A stretch of 63,047 nt of DNA, counting the filler, from Olpidium bornovanus S191 (taxonomy: Eukaryota > Fungi > Olpidiomycota): assembly GCA_017911155.1 (NCBI GenBank). It is 28 parts of 28 records of this genome, joined end to end, with 100 filler letters (N's around TTAATTAATTAA, not from the genome) between each part and the next. Parts side by side here need not be neighbours in the genome. Positions count along the whole stretch, not along the records: positions 47,889 to 49,998 come from JAEFCI010012101.1; positions 50,099 to 52,394 come from JAEFCI010012223.1; positions 52,495 to 53,687 come from JAEFCI010010709.1; positions 53,788 to 56,332 come from JAEFCI010007142.1; positions 56,433 to 59,311 come from JAEFCI010011803.1; 23 more parts are not named here. One strand, given 5' to 3'. Both the position numbers and the translations under genes were made by a program. The notes under the pieces are model-generated. The model saw only the letters and a program-made list of their open reading frames with translations, was not told the DNA's origin and made no database searches. This document shows positions 48,634 through 59,411 of the stretch, one piece after another (positions within the stretch are counted from its first letter, which is position 1; each line of letters opens with the position of its first letter).

Positions 48634-49998
48634 ATGGCGATGGTCTCGCACTTCTCGAGGCGGGACGACGGCAAGGTTTGGTACTGCGTTGCCGTGGTGC
48701 CCGCCGCCGCCCCGACGGCGCTGGCGTGCGGAGCGGCGGCGTACGCGACCGAAGCGCTCCGTTGGGAGGATAACCGGACACTCGCGTCCGAAACCCCCCG
48801 CCGCCGGCGACACGCTACGTCATACTTCCTTTACCGCCGCTACGCTGACTTCTGCGCCCTCGACGCGAAGATCCGGCAGGCGCTTGGCGAGGCGGACGGC
48901 GGCGGTCGGGACGGCCGAGGTCGCAATGGGAACGGGCCTCTCCCGTGGTGCTCTCGGCGCCATGACAATGACCTCCTTTCCAGCCGTCTCCCGACGCTGA
49001 AGCGCACAAAATTAGCCGTCATCACCACCAACTCTGTGCTCAGAGAACGGCAGACATCGCTGAACGCGTTGCTTTCCGCAGTGTTTGAGGAGACCGGAAC
49101 AGCGCCGCTGCTCCGAACGCACTCGTTCTTCGCAGACTTTTTCCGCGAGTGGAAGACGGACACGCCAAATCCTCCGGACGACCTCCAGGTGCTGCAGGTG
49201 CGCCGAGCAGGCGCCCGGGGTCCCCAGCGGCGCCTCGGCTCCTTAGCCGGCCGGCGTGGGCAGCCGGCGACCATGGCCACCTCGGTTGCGCTCGATTATC
49301 GACCCACCCGACAGGAATCCTACATCACCGGCACAGAACCGAAAACGGAGGGCGCGCGGCTTTGCGACAACGCCAATTATGGCGGCACATGTTCGGCCGA
49401 ACGCAGCCGCACAACGAGTCTTTCTTCTCTGGCCGTCACTTCGCCGGCATTTTTTGACGCAAATGCCACGGAGCAGCAAGCCGGCGGAACGCATTCCTGG
49501 CAGGGTAAAAGCGTCGTCGTCTACGAGGCGGAGCCGGCTGCGCCGGATACGTACGTCGCCGGGTCAAAGTCGGGATCCACCATAGCAACTCGGGTCCTCC
49601 GCCTCTTGCGGCAACGGTGGCCATGGTCTTCGCCGAGCGCGGCCTGCAACAGATCTCGTCGCGAAGAAAGTGCTTCGTTCCCTCTAGCGGAACTACGAAG
49701 TGTGTTCGAACCTCACCCACATGCAATTAGCGATGCTGCAAACGCAGAATGTACGGCAATGCCGATAATTTCCCGAAGCCAGAGCATTGAGGAACAGCAG
49801 GCAGAGGCGTCCGGTGCGGGCGGCCTCGGCTCTCTGCCCCCTGCGATCGGATTCCAATGTTTTCTGTTTGGACACAACCATGCGGTTCCCGAAAAGATCA
49901 AGCGGGACGCGGAGGTTTTTCCGGCGGAGGCTGAATTGCACCACCAGACTGAGATATTTCCCGGGATCAAACGGGACGTGGAACCTTTTTCCGCGGAA
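48634..49998 (+). CDS. PX (phox homology) domain protein, 3'-partial
   Basis: KVWYCVAV...YFLYRRYADFCALDAKI...LPTL...LRERQTSLNALL...FFADFF, which is the PX RRYxDF signature, followed by a disordered tail. Confidence 0.75.
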
Positions 49999-51216
49999 NN
50001 NNNNNNNNNNNNNNNNNNNNNNNNNNNNNNNNNNNNNNNNNNTTAATTAATTAANNNNNNNNNNNNNNNNNNNNNNNNNNNNNNNNNNNNNNNNNNNNAA
50101 AAGGCGTTCGAAGTATTGTGGCTCGGAGCGGCCAATGTTCCGGTGGGATTCCACCGACATAATATTCTAGAACGCTCGGTCGTGCCGATGAACGCGCGTC
50201 AATGCGGTCCGGTTTCATGTGCATTGTCCTGTGTTTTTCCTGTTATTCGAGTCGAAGAGGCGGAAGGCCGGGTGGGAAGGGTTCGGTTTACGAACTTTTC
50301 GACGCAAATGGGCGCAGAATGGTGACGAGAAGTCGTTCCCCGGGCCGCCGGGTCACGGCCGAATCATGGCACAACTTCGATTTTCGGCTCCCAGACTCGG
50401 ACGGCAAGCCCTGCCGGGTTGGGCGCACGACAGGCATCAGACGCAGAACGTCGGGGCTTTTTTTTTTTTTTTTTTTTTTTTGGCCCGCCCTGGAACATGC
50501 TAGCTTTCCGTTTAGCTGCTTCCCACGAGCCGGGGTTGTGCAGTCTCGTGGTTGCCGGCTGGAAGGAGCGGGACGGGCGCGGAAGGGGGGGGGGAAGGGA
50601 GGGCACCAGGATGAGAAATTTCCGGCTCAGCCGGTCAAAAGAAAGGAGCGAAGCGGGCTCTTCTCGCTACCAACGCGACTCCCCCCTCTCTCGCCCGGCA
50701 CGCCCGACCCCTCCTCGGCGCTTCCGGAAAGGAGAAAAAAAAAAGAAGTATTCGCGGCCGGTGTTTATTGCAATCGACGGGGGACGGTTCTTGGGCCTCA
50801 CACAAAGGTGTTGAGGGGGCGGGAAGGGTTTTGAATTTTGTGGTTCACGGCACGCGGCCGTCACCGTATGACGCTCTTGCGGCTTACGTTTACGCGTTCT
50901 GATCCCAACGCGGCGCAAAATGCGGAGCACGCCAAACCGCCGCTCGGGTTTTGGTTTTTTTAAAAAAGAGATCATTTCTGTTTTTTCACCGTTTCCCCCC
51001 GGCGAACGGGACGCCAGGTCAAAAACTCGAACGGACAATGGGTAAAAGTGCAAACTGGACTGCGGGGCGAAGGGTCCCCCACCTTTCGCCGTCTCTCTCT
51101 CTCTCACTCGCTCTCGACCGATCCCTTTCCCCACCCTTCCCCTCCCCGCAAACGAACCGAAGATATATATATATATATATATAAAAGAGAGAGTTCGGAG
51201 GAGGCCAGCCTCTAAA

Positions 51217-52394
51217 ATGCGCGAGGCCCGCAGCGGACCGAGGAGCGGCGCGTCCGCGCGCAAGGCGACGTCCCCGGAACCGCCCCCGGCCCGGCGGTCG
51301 GCCGAGAAGGAGAATCCCGGACCCCGGGCGGGCGGAGCGCGCCCCGCTCCCGGAGAGGGCGGCAGAAGCGGCGCCGCCGGCCGCCCGGCGCGGCGCGAAC
51401 CGGTCGTGCTCATCGAGCCGCCGCGGAAGCCGCCGGCGCCGCCGGTACGAACCCCACCCCCCCTCCCTTTTCCCCTTCCCCGGGAGCCGGAGTGGGGAAG
51501 TTTCGGGGAGGGGGAGCGTTTTGCGTGCGAGCTTCCGACGGGGTTTGCTCAACGCCCCTTTTCCGGCTCCGCTTACCCCGTTTCAGCACCAAAGCGCCCC
51601 TGGCGCGCGAACAGGGACGCGAGTGGAGGTTGTTGTCGGCGCGGAAAAAAAGCGAGAAATTCCTCGACCGTTTGCGCAATCAAACAAGCAACCGGTGTCA
51701 GCGTGTTCCACGACTTCCGGGAGCTCTTCCCTGATATCATGTCGAAGGTTTGAGCTGCTCACGTCAGCTGCTAGATGCTCGCCGTTGTCGCGTAGCTTGT
51801 TGTCGTCTAACCTTTGCCAGGATGCCTCGGCCGCAGGGGACCGCAGTCTGCAAAGGACGTCGCGGGGCTGTCACAGAACAGTCGGGTGGGAAAGGAAGGA
51901 CGCGCCGTGCTTGTTGAATCCACGAACAATATGTGCTCGCGGAGTGCGGCAGACTCGAAGGAGGACGGGCTGTTGAAAAGCGGTCCAAACATTGAACGGG
52001 AAGAGCGGCTTGAGAGAAGGGGCAGCGACTCTCGTCAGAGGTCGGACGACTTCAAAAACGTGCCCACCGTAGCGTCCGGACGAATCTCCAGTTCGACGGA
52101 AGACGCGAGGGCAGCCCCCGAGAAAAAGCCGCGGGACCACCACGACCCTACCGTCTGCTCCGAGCACGACGGTGGCAGTGGAGATCTCAAGGCACTCGTA
52201 CACAGGTGCAGAGAATTCTCCTAAACCTCTGCTGACGACTGCCCGCCGTCGCGACGACTATATTGTTACCAACCCTACCTTTTGCCAGTGTCCAAAAGTT
52301 GGATATATCCGGCGAGTTCCTCCAAGAAGGGCCTGAAGATGGCAGTCGCGGAAGCCTCTCGCCGAAGTTTGCGAACCACCACATCGCTACCATG
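51217..52394 (+). CDS. Hypothetical disordered spliced protein, 3'-partial
   Basis: ATG at 51217 after a (TA)n tract, a KEN motif and a GTACGA donor, with further Ser/Arg-rich exon-like segments. No domain recognised. Confidence 0.3.
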
Positions 52395-52816
52395 NNNNNN
52401 NNNNNNNNNNNNNNNNNNNNNNNNNNNNNNNNNNNNNNTTAATTAATTAANNNNNNNNNNNNNNNNNNNNNNNNNNNNNNNNNNNNNNNNNNNNCCCACC
52501 TCCCCCGACCCAAACACACATCGCCGCGCAAAACGGCGCGCACTCTATTTACTTTCGCCCGCTCTGATCATCACGTCCCTCCAACGTGCCACCAGGGAAG
52601 CGTCTGGCCTTATAAATGGAGTAAAGCGTTTTTCTTTTTTTTTTATCATTTTTGGTTTTCGGCAAGCCGGGTCGAATTTTTATAAAATTCCGGGATGGAA
52701 AAGAAACCAAAAAAGATACTGGCGGGAAACGTACGCGCCTGTTCAACAGAGGGGGGAGTGATGCAGTCAGACGTTTATGTCTAATGACAGTTGGGAAACA
52801 TCTAGTCTTTCTTCTT

Positions 52817-53425
52817 TTATTCCTCCTTCTCTTTCTCCTTCTCCTCCTCCCTCTTCTTCTTCTTCTCCTTCTTCTTCTCCTCCTCCCTCTTCTTCTCCTT
52901 CTTCTCCTCCTTCTTCTTCTCCTCCTCCCTCTCCTTCTTTTTCTCCTTCTCCTTCTTCTTCTCTTCCTTCCTTTTCTTCGCTTTGCCGTCTTTTCCGAAG
53001 ACTTTGCGGTAGCCGTTCTTCACGCCTTCTTTCGCCTTGGTGTAGGCTATTTTCGCGGCCTTGGCGAGCTGCTTCGCGAGTTCCTTGGTTCCCCCGTACA
53101 CTTTTTTGGCGACGCGGCCGGTGGCATAGACCAGGCGGTTGCCCTGCTCCTTGGCGTACTTCCCGGCCTTGACCGCGCCAACCTCGGTCGCTTTCGCGGC
53201 GTTGACCACGCCGTTCTTGGTCGCGTTCGCGGCACCGCTCAGCCACCCACCGAACGAGCGCTTGGCGATCATCGTGGCGCGCTCGATGACGTCGCTCTCG
53301 GAAACAGGAGCCCCATCGGGCCGCTTCTCAACGCCGGGCGGGGCAGCCTGCGCGGAGGGAAAGAAAGAAAGGCGCGCGGCGGCGACGGCCAGCACCCCGG
53401 CAAAAACGAACGACGAGAAACGCAT
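52817..53425 (-). CDS. Small secreted protein: signal peptide, KR sites, 11-mer amphipathic repeats and a K/E-rich tail
   Basis: Complete intronless 202-aa ORF. It begins MRFSSFVFAGVLAVAAA and has dibasic VEKR and IAKR sites. Confidence 0.85.
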   Translation of the reverse strand: MRFSSFVFAGVLAVAAARLSFFPSAQAAPPGVEKRPDGAPVSESDVIERATMIAKRSFGGWLSGAANATKNGVVNAAKATEVGAVKAGKYAKEQGNRLVYATGRVAKKVYGGTKELAKQLAKAAKIAYTKAKEGVKNGYRKVFGKDGKAKKRKEEKKKEKEKKKEREEEKKKEEKKEKKREEEKKKEKKKKREEEKEKEKEE

Positions 53426-53903
53426 ATTTGGGAGAGATTAGGGGAAGGGGAAGGTGGGAAGTGAGAAGAGCGGATGGGCTTGATCAGGTATGCTCTACAG
53501 GTATTAGGGGAAGAGGGAACTTCCGCCTAGGATAAGGACGGAAGGTAAAAAAAAAAAAAAAAAAAAAATCAAATGGCAGCAAGAGATGTGTTTGGGTTCG
53601 GAGAGACGGATTTGCGGTGGGCCCGGCTTTCCTTTTTCGAACTTCAAAATTTCTTTCTCTCGGCCGGCGCGGGGAGGTGTGGGGGAGNNNNNNNNNNNNN
53701 NNNNNNNNNNNNNNNNNNNNNNNNNNNNNNNTTAATTAATTAANNNNNNNNNNNNNNNNNNNNNNNNNNNNNNNNNNNNNNNNNNNNCGCCAGATCCGCT
53801 TTGCGCTTTTCGCAGACTTTATAACTATACAAAAACAGACCTTGCACTCTGAACGGAACGCGGTCAGCAGAAAAAAGCCTCAAAACAAATGTTGAAAACT
53901 CAC

Positions 53904-55077
53904 CATGCGACGTTGTGCGTCCAATTATCGGCCAGGAAAAGAGCGATATATTGCGGGCCAGTTCGGATGTAGCATAAAGAACCCCATCCTGCATTTTTCT
54001 TCCGACGTCCAACGTTTCCAATGAAACCTTCTCCGGGCTGGCGGCGTTGTGTCTTGAAAAATTGCGGAGCGTCCCACGTCAACTCGTGCCAGGAAGTACT
54101 GGAGTAAGAAGAGGACCGTTACCTTTTCTACATGACATTTTTACACCTTATTTCTACTTCCAAAAGATGCGCCGTTCTACCTTCATACAAAAGACCGCCG
54201 GCCGTCTTAAAGCCCGGCCAATTTCTTCCCAATCGGTAGGCGGACAGGTGGAGCGAACTTATATAAATTTTTTTTATTGTCTGTGGCCCACCAACGACCA
54301 TGAAGCCCATTCTGCAGGGAAGCCGCTGGGGAGGCAAACAAAACTGGGAGTTGGGCGATCACGAAGGTCAAAAAACTGTGTTACTATGCTTAACAAACTC
54401 AAAGTTTGAGTTGTTACCCATAATGGTGTGGATGCTTCGTTGCGTTTTCGGACCATCTACGAACTTCTCAAAAGGTTCACCAGTTAACGACATTTGGGCA
54501 GCATTTGCAAGATCCAATTATCCCAAGGGCAAGGGTGAAACTTCCGAGCAGCGGGTCCGCACTTGTAATACCGATCTATTACAGAGCGCAAAGTCCGGCC
54601 AGGAATGCTTGCAGCTATGTTTGGCCAGCACGCTTTACCAGATTCCGACAGCCGGCGATCGACGATTGTAAGGAGGGTTAGAGTTTCATTATCGGTCCAC
54701 GGCTTATACGATGAGCGATTCCACAGGCCATGTCTGGCCGCCGCGAAGACACAGCTACGGGAAGGCCTGCCAACGATTATTGATAACGCCGCCCAGTCTA
54801 GCTGGGCCGCGTTTCGCCCGCCGGCTTTGGTGATGGCATCACGAAGAACATTTAGCTCTTTCCTTTCCCACGACTTTTTCCAACCGAAAAGTCCTGCAAT
54901 TTTGAAGGAACAAGCGTTCGGAGTCCAGCCAATTTTCTGTGAGAAATCCTTCCAAGCGAAAGCTTGCGGATCACGCTGCTTTGTCCAGTAAGCATCGAGT
55001 AAGCAGCTGACGTCCGCATCGCTGCACAGCCGACTGCTCGCCGGTGCCCCAGGACGAGCGTTTGGTGGGGGCGTCGG
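53904..55077 (-). pseudogene. Multi-Myb-repeat gene (5 or more repeats), 3' repeats disrupted
   Basis: A stop-free stretch at 55077-54487 (absent from the ORF track) encodes LLDAY...WKDFSQKIGWTPNAC, SWERKELNVL...LDWAALSIIVGRPSRSC and PWTDNETLTLL...CWPNIAASIPGRTLRSVIDRY. Downstream, PTDWEEIGRALRRPAVFC and KRWTSEEK...NWPAIYRSFPGR* carry stops or frameshifts. Confidence 0.72.
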
Positions 55078-56433
55078 CTACTCTCCGTCCGGTGAGCTTG
55101 CGGGACGTCCCGCATGGCCACATTCATTGCCGCCCTCTGCACCGGCTTCTCGGCGAACAAGCGAGATCGTCGGGTTCGCGAACACGGGAAAAGCGGGCCC
55201 CGGAAACTGTTGTGTTCGGAGCGGGGGCCAGCGCGCTTGCCGGCATCCGTAGGCCAGAGCGCGTGGCATTCCCGAGCATCGTTCCTCACTTTTTTTCCTC
55301 CTCAAAAAAGCCGCAAAGGAGAGGAGGGACGTAACGGAGACGGGAAAGTCTGATTTTGGTTGGGACTCGCTCTTGCCTTATACGCGAGAGGCAAACGCCC
55401 TTTTTTTTGTTCAAATGCTAATTGGTCGAAATCAGCAAGCTTAAAAAAGATATGCAGGAGGCCTGACGCCAGACCTAACGCAACGGCGAGGATTACGCTT
55501 TTTTGGCCGCAGCGCCTTGCGGCGCCGGGGCATATTTGACGCAGACTCGAAACCTGCGAACAATCACACGTCTCGGTGAGAAATAGACTCGACGTACGCG
55601 CTTTCAGTGTTTGTTTTCCTTTTTTTCTTTTTTTACTGCAGCACGCGCCTTTGCTGTTGGTGCACGTGACTTCGGACACGAGCACTCGAAGCTTTTCGCG
55701 GAACGCGCGACGGATTCACTACGGCACGACCGGCAGCTCCTCCGGAAAACAGATCGCGAGCCTTTGCGCATACTTTTTGGCTGCGTGACTTCAATATTTA
55801 CACTAGTAAACTAGTACTAGTAGTATACGCCTGAACAGGTTTAATCCAGTAATATCCTATTTAAGTCCTGTAGGAATAACCGCAGCTGCTGGCACCGTAA
55901 CTCAGGGTGCGGGGCAAATGTGGGGAATGCCAACGGAGTGCTCGTTTCTCCGCGTGTTTGAGATGATGGAGCCTGCTGCGACAGCATGATTCCGACGTCA
56001 TTTCTTTCCCGCCGCCCCCATTTCCCCCCCCCCCCGGCAGCAGCAGGTCACAGTTGGGGAATGGCCGGGCAAACGGCTGACACGTAAGACTCACAATCAT
56101 CCACGTTTGCTTGAAGGAGTTTTTGGCCAACCGTTAGCTCCGGCGATATGAATCTGGTTGAACCGTTTCTGGAAAAGAAGACGCCGCCCTACTCAACCAC
56201 TGGGCAATAAACCGCCGCAGTATCTTCCTTCACCCGGGGAGCGGATGGGTCGGGGTGTGGGGGGGGGGAAGGGGGAAGGGGGGGGGGGGGGGGGGGAGAG
56301 AGGGGGGGGGGGGGGGGGGGGAGGAGGGAGGANNNNNNNNNNNNNNNNNNNNNNNNNNNNNNNNNNNNNNNNNNNNTTAATTAATTAANNNNNNNNNNNN
56401 NNNNNNNNNNNNNNNNNNNNNNNNNNNNNNNNG

Positions 56434-58560
56434 AGGAACCTCACCCTCCTCCCGACGACGTTCCGGTGGCAGTCCGTCCCCACGGCGCAGAACGCCAGGT
56501 TCGACGTCCAGTTCGCCCCGGCCGGCGGCGTCCTCGGGCCGGCGGAGGACATGAAGATCAAGATCGGCCTCCTGCCGCGCGCCATCGGCGTCTTCGACGA
56601 CCTGCTGTTCGCCTGCCACATCAAGGGCATGGCGGAAGGAAACGGCGTCATCGGCCTCCGCGTCGCCGTGAACGTGGGCGGGCTGGAGGTCGTGTTCGAC
56701 GCCTGCCCGCCGGCGCGGCCGACGTCCCCGCCCCTGCCCGACCCGGCGGGCGCGTCCGCCTCGCGGCAGGGGTCCGGTCTGAGGCAGCCGGCGCGGTTGA
56801 GGACGCTGGCCGAAGTCGAGGGGTCCATCGTCCGGAAGGTCGACCAGGTCGACTACACGCCTTCGGAACTGACGCTGGACCTGGGCGGGACGTGTCCGAT
56901 CTTCCAGCGCCGCTCGATGACGCTCGTCATCCACAACCTCTCGGCCATCGCCGCGAACTTCGAGCTGGGCTTCGCGAATTACCCCGCCCCGGACCAGGAC
57001 GGCAAAGGCAAGGCCTCGAAGGGCGAGAGGGGCGGGCGCGACGCCGCCGCCGGGCTGCACCGGGCGCCCGGCGAGACGGCGTTCGACGGCGAGGCGAACC
57101 CCGCCGCGGTCGTCGAACAGTCCAAGGATCCCCCGAGGCTTCTTCCTTCCTCGACGACGCGGGCGCCGAAGGCGCTGCTGAAGCCGACGTCGAAGGACCA
57201 GCAGAGGTTCCATTCCGTCACCGGCCAGACGTACAGCACGGTCGTGAAGGAGTCGCGGCACGCCGGCCTTCTCGACCAGGAGATGCTGCAAGCCGGGCTG
57301 GGCGCCGCGCTGCTCGCGGTCCCCTCCCGAGGCAGGCTGGAGCCCCGCCAGAGCGTGCAGGTGCAGATCACGAGCTTCAACAATCTCAGCGGCCGCTACC
57401 TGGACCAGCTCGTCGTGAAGGTCGAGCACTGGCTCCAGCGGTCCATCCCGGTGCGCATGAGCGTGGTGGGGTCGCCGACGCGGTTCGTCGGGCGGAGCAT
57501 AGCGGCCGACTCCGCGGACGGCAGCAGCCTCTGCCGCGTGAACTTCGGGATCCGGGTCGTGAGCAACGAGCTCGGGCGCCTCCCGCTCAGCGCCGAGGTG
57601 GGCGGGGTGGTGACCAAGATCGCGCAGGTCGAAAACCAGTCGCCGAAGGCCGTCGTCCTCGACTGGCGGGTGTACAGCGTCAGCAGCGCGTCCGCGAGCG
57701 CGGGCGGCGGCGGCGGCGGCGGCCAGCAGGGGGACATCGTCGGCCGGGCGGACGTCGAGCTGGGGACCATCCTCCAGCGGGCCAACAGCACCGGCGACGG
57801 CACGCCGCCCTTCGACATCTCGCCGCGCTCGATCCTCATCAACGCGTTCCAGACGCAGACGATGTCGATCAGCTTCGGGTCCCCGACGCCGGGGATCTTC
57901 AACGGCGCCATCTGCGCCGGCGTGCAGGTCCGCGAGCGCGACGGGAGCGCGTGGCCCAACGCGCACGAGCCCGCCACGCGGCCCGGGTCGGCGTCGATCG
58001 ACAAGAACCTCCTGGCGCTGGTGCCCGTGATCCTGCGCGTCCACGGCAAGTCCATCGCGCCGCACGTCACCCTGGACTGCGGCGACCGGGTCCGCATGAA
58101 AGTGCGCGGCAGGCCCGACCTCCCGGAAGCCGGCGCCGCCCCCGCCCCGGCCCCCGTCGTCTCGCGGGTCATCAACGTCAGCAACACGACCGACGCCGAG
58201 TTCGGCGTCGAGCTGCGGTGCGCCGCCCCCTTCCGGGCCGTCTTCAACCTCTCGCCCGAGCAGCAGCGCAGGCGCGACCGGCGCGCGGCCGGGGGGGGGT
58301 TCCACCCCGGGAGGGAAGTTCAGCACGCGCCCACCGAGTACAGCTTCATGCCGAAGGAGGAAACGGTCATGACCGTCTACTTCGACCACCAGGCGCACCT
58401 CGACGCCCTGCGCGGCGCCGCGCGCCGCCCGGCGTCTCCGGCCGCCGCCCCGTCGCAAACTCCTCCTCCCAGCGCCCACGGCGAGCTGACCGTCGTTTTC
58501 AGCAACGGTTCCACTCAGGTCATCCCGCTCGCGGTCGAACTGCAGTCCCCGGGGGCGTAA
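56434..58560 (+). CDS. DLEC1: DLEC1/CFAP81-like ciliary ASH-domain protein, 5'-partial
   Basis: NLTLLPTTFRW...GVLGPAE...FACHIKGM, GRLEPRQSVQVQITSFNNLSGRYLDQL...IPVRMSVVGSP and VENQSPKAVVLDWRVY parallel DLEC1 C-terminal motifs as I recall them. Confidence 0.8.
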   Translation, partial: RNLTLLPTTFRWQSVPTAQNARFDVQFAPAGGVLGPAEDMKIKIGLLPRAIGVFDDLLFACHIKGMAEGNGVIGLRVAVNVGGLEVVFDACPPARPTSPPLPDPAGASASRQGSGLRQPARLRTLAEVEGSIVRKVDQVDYTPSELTLDLGGTCPIFQRRSMTLVIHNLSAIAANFELGFANYPAPDQDGKGKASKGERGGRDAAAGLHRAPGETAFDGEANPAAVVEQSKDPPRLLPSSTTRAPKALLKPTSKDQQRFHSVTGQTYSTVVKESRHAGLLDQEMLQAGLGAALLAVPSRGRLEPRQSVQVQITSFNNLSGRYLDQLVVKVEHWLQRSIPVRMSVVGSPTRFVGRSIAADSADGSSLCRVNFGIRVVSNELGRLPLSAEVGGVVTKIAQVENQSPKAVVLDWRVYSVSSASASAGGGGGGGQQGDIVGRADVELGTILQRANSTGDGTPPFDISPRSILINAFQTQTMSISFGSPTPGIFNGAICAGVQVRERDGSAWPNAHEPATRPGSASIDKNLLALVPVILRVHGKSIAPHVTLDCGDRVRMKVRGRPDLPEAGAAPAPAPVVSRVINVSNTTDAEFGVELRCAAPFRAVFNLSPEQQRRRDRRAAGGGFHPGREVQHAPTEYSFMPKEETVMTVYFDHQAHLDALRGAARRPASPAAAPSQTPPPSAHGELTVVFSNGSTQVIPLAVELQSPGA

Positions 58561-59264
58561 AAAACCGCAACAAAAAAAAAAAAAAGAAAAAAAAAAAAAA
58601 GAAAAAGAAAAAAATTCCGCGCGCGATGCCCCGGGCGGGTTCGCCCCAAGTATCACGGTCCTGTAAATATTGCGTGTTTTTTTTTTGGCATCTCACCCGC
58701 AACGAACGTGTTTAGAGTCGATTAGACCTTTTTTTTTTTTTTTTTTTTTTTTGCACCCGAAATTTTCTGGTGCGCAATTTGCCGGTCGCGGGAGGGGGGG
58801 AGTCTGTTTCGGAAAGGTCGAAGACGACCGCGGTGCCGCGCCGTACAGACGACGGCACGCAAGGGCGCGGCCTGTCCCCCCCTCCCCCCTTCCCCCTCCC
58901 CCCCTCCCGGTCGGCGTGCAGTCGCCGGAACAGAAAAGCGGACGCTTGGACACAGAAAACCCCCCAGAATAAAATAACGTCGGGCGACGTCCGGATTCTT
59001 TTCGACGGGGAAACCGCTCGTGCAAAAAAAAAAAAAAAAAAAATAAAATAAAATAAAATAAACCGACCGCGCGGGTCGTGTGTGTGTGTGTGTTTTTTTT
59101 TTTTTCTCTCTTTTTTTTTTTTCTTTTTTTCGGTTCGTTTCGGCGATGTGGGCTTTTTTTTTTTTTTTGCCGCCCCGCCGTCTCCCTTCCTCTTCCTCCC
59201 GCCTCAAAAACTCGCCCGCGCTCCCGCTCCCGTCCCCCCTCTCCCTTCCCCCCCGGCCTTCACC

Positions 59265-59299
<35 letters not shown>

Positions 59300-59411
59300 A
59301 AAAAACAACACNNNNNNNNNNNNNNNNNNNNNNNNNNNNNNNNNNNNNNNNNNNNTTAATTAATTAANNNNNNNNNNNNNNNNNNNNNNNNNNNNNNNNN
59401 NNNNNNNNNNN

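Noticed and set aside
56377-58656. Long antisense or alternative-frame ORFs (759 aa, 749 aa; likewise 9563-10807, 10503-11678, 26625-27809)
   Set aside because: These are shadow ORFs caused by high GC3 in genuine genes on another frame or strand, and they contain no recognisable motifs.
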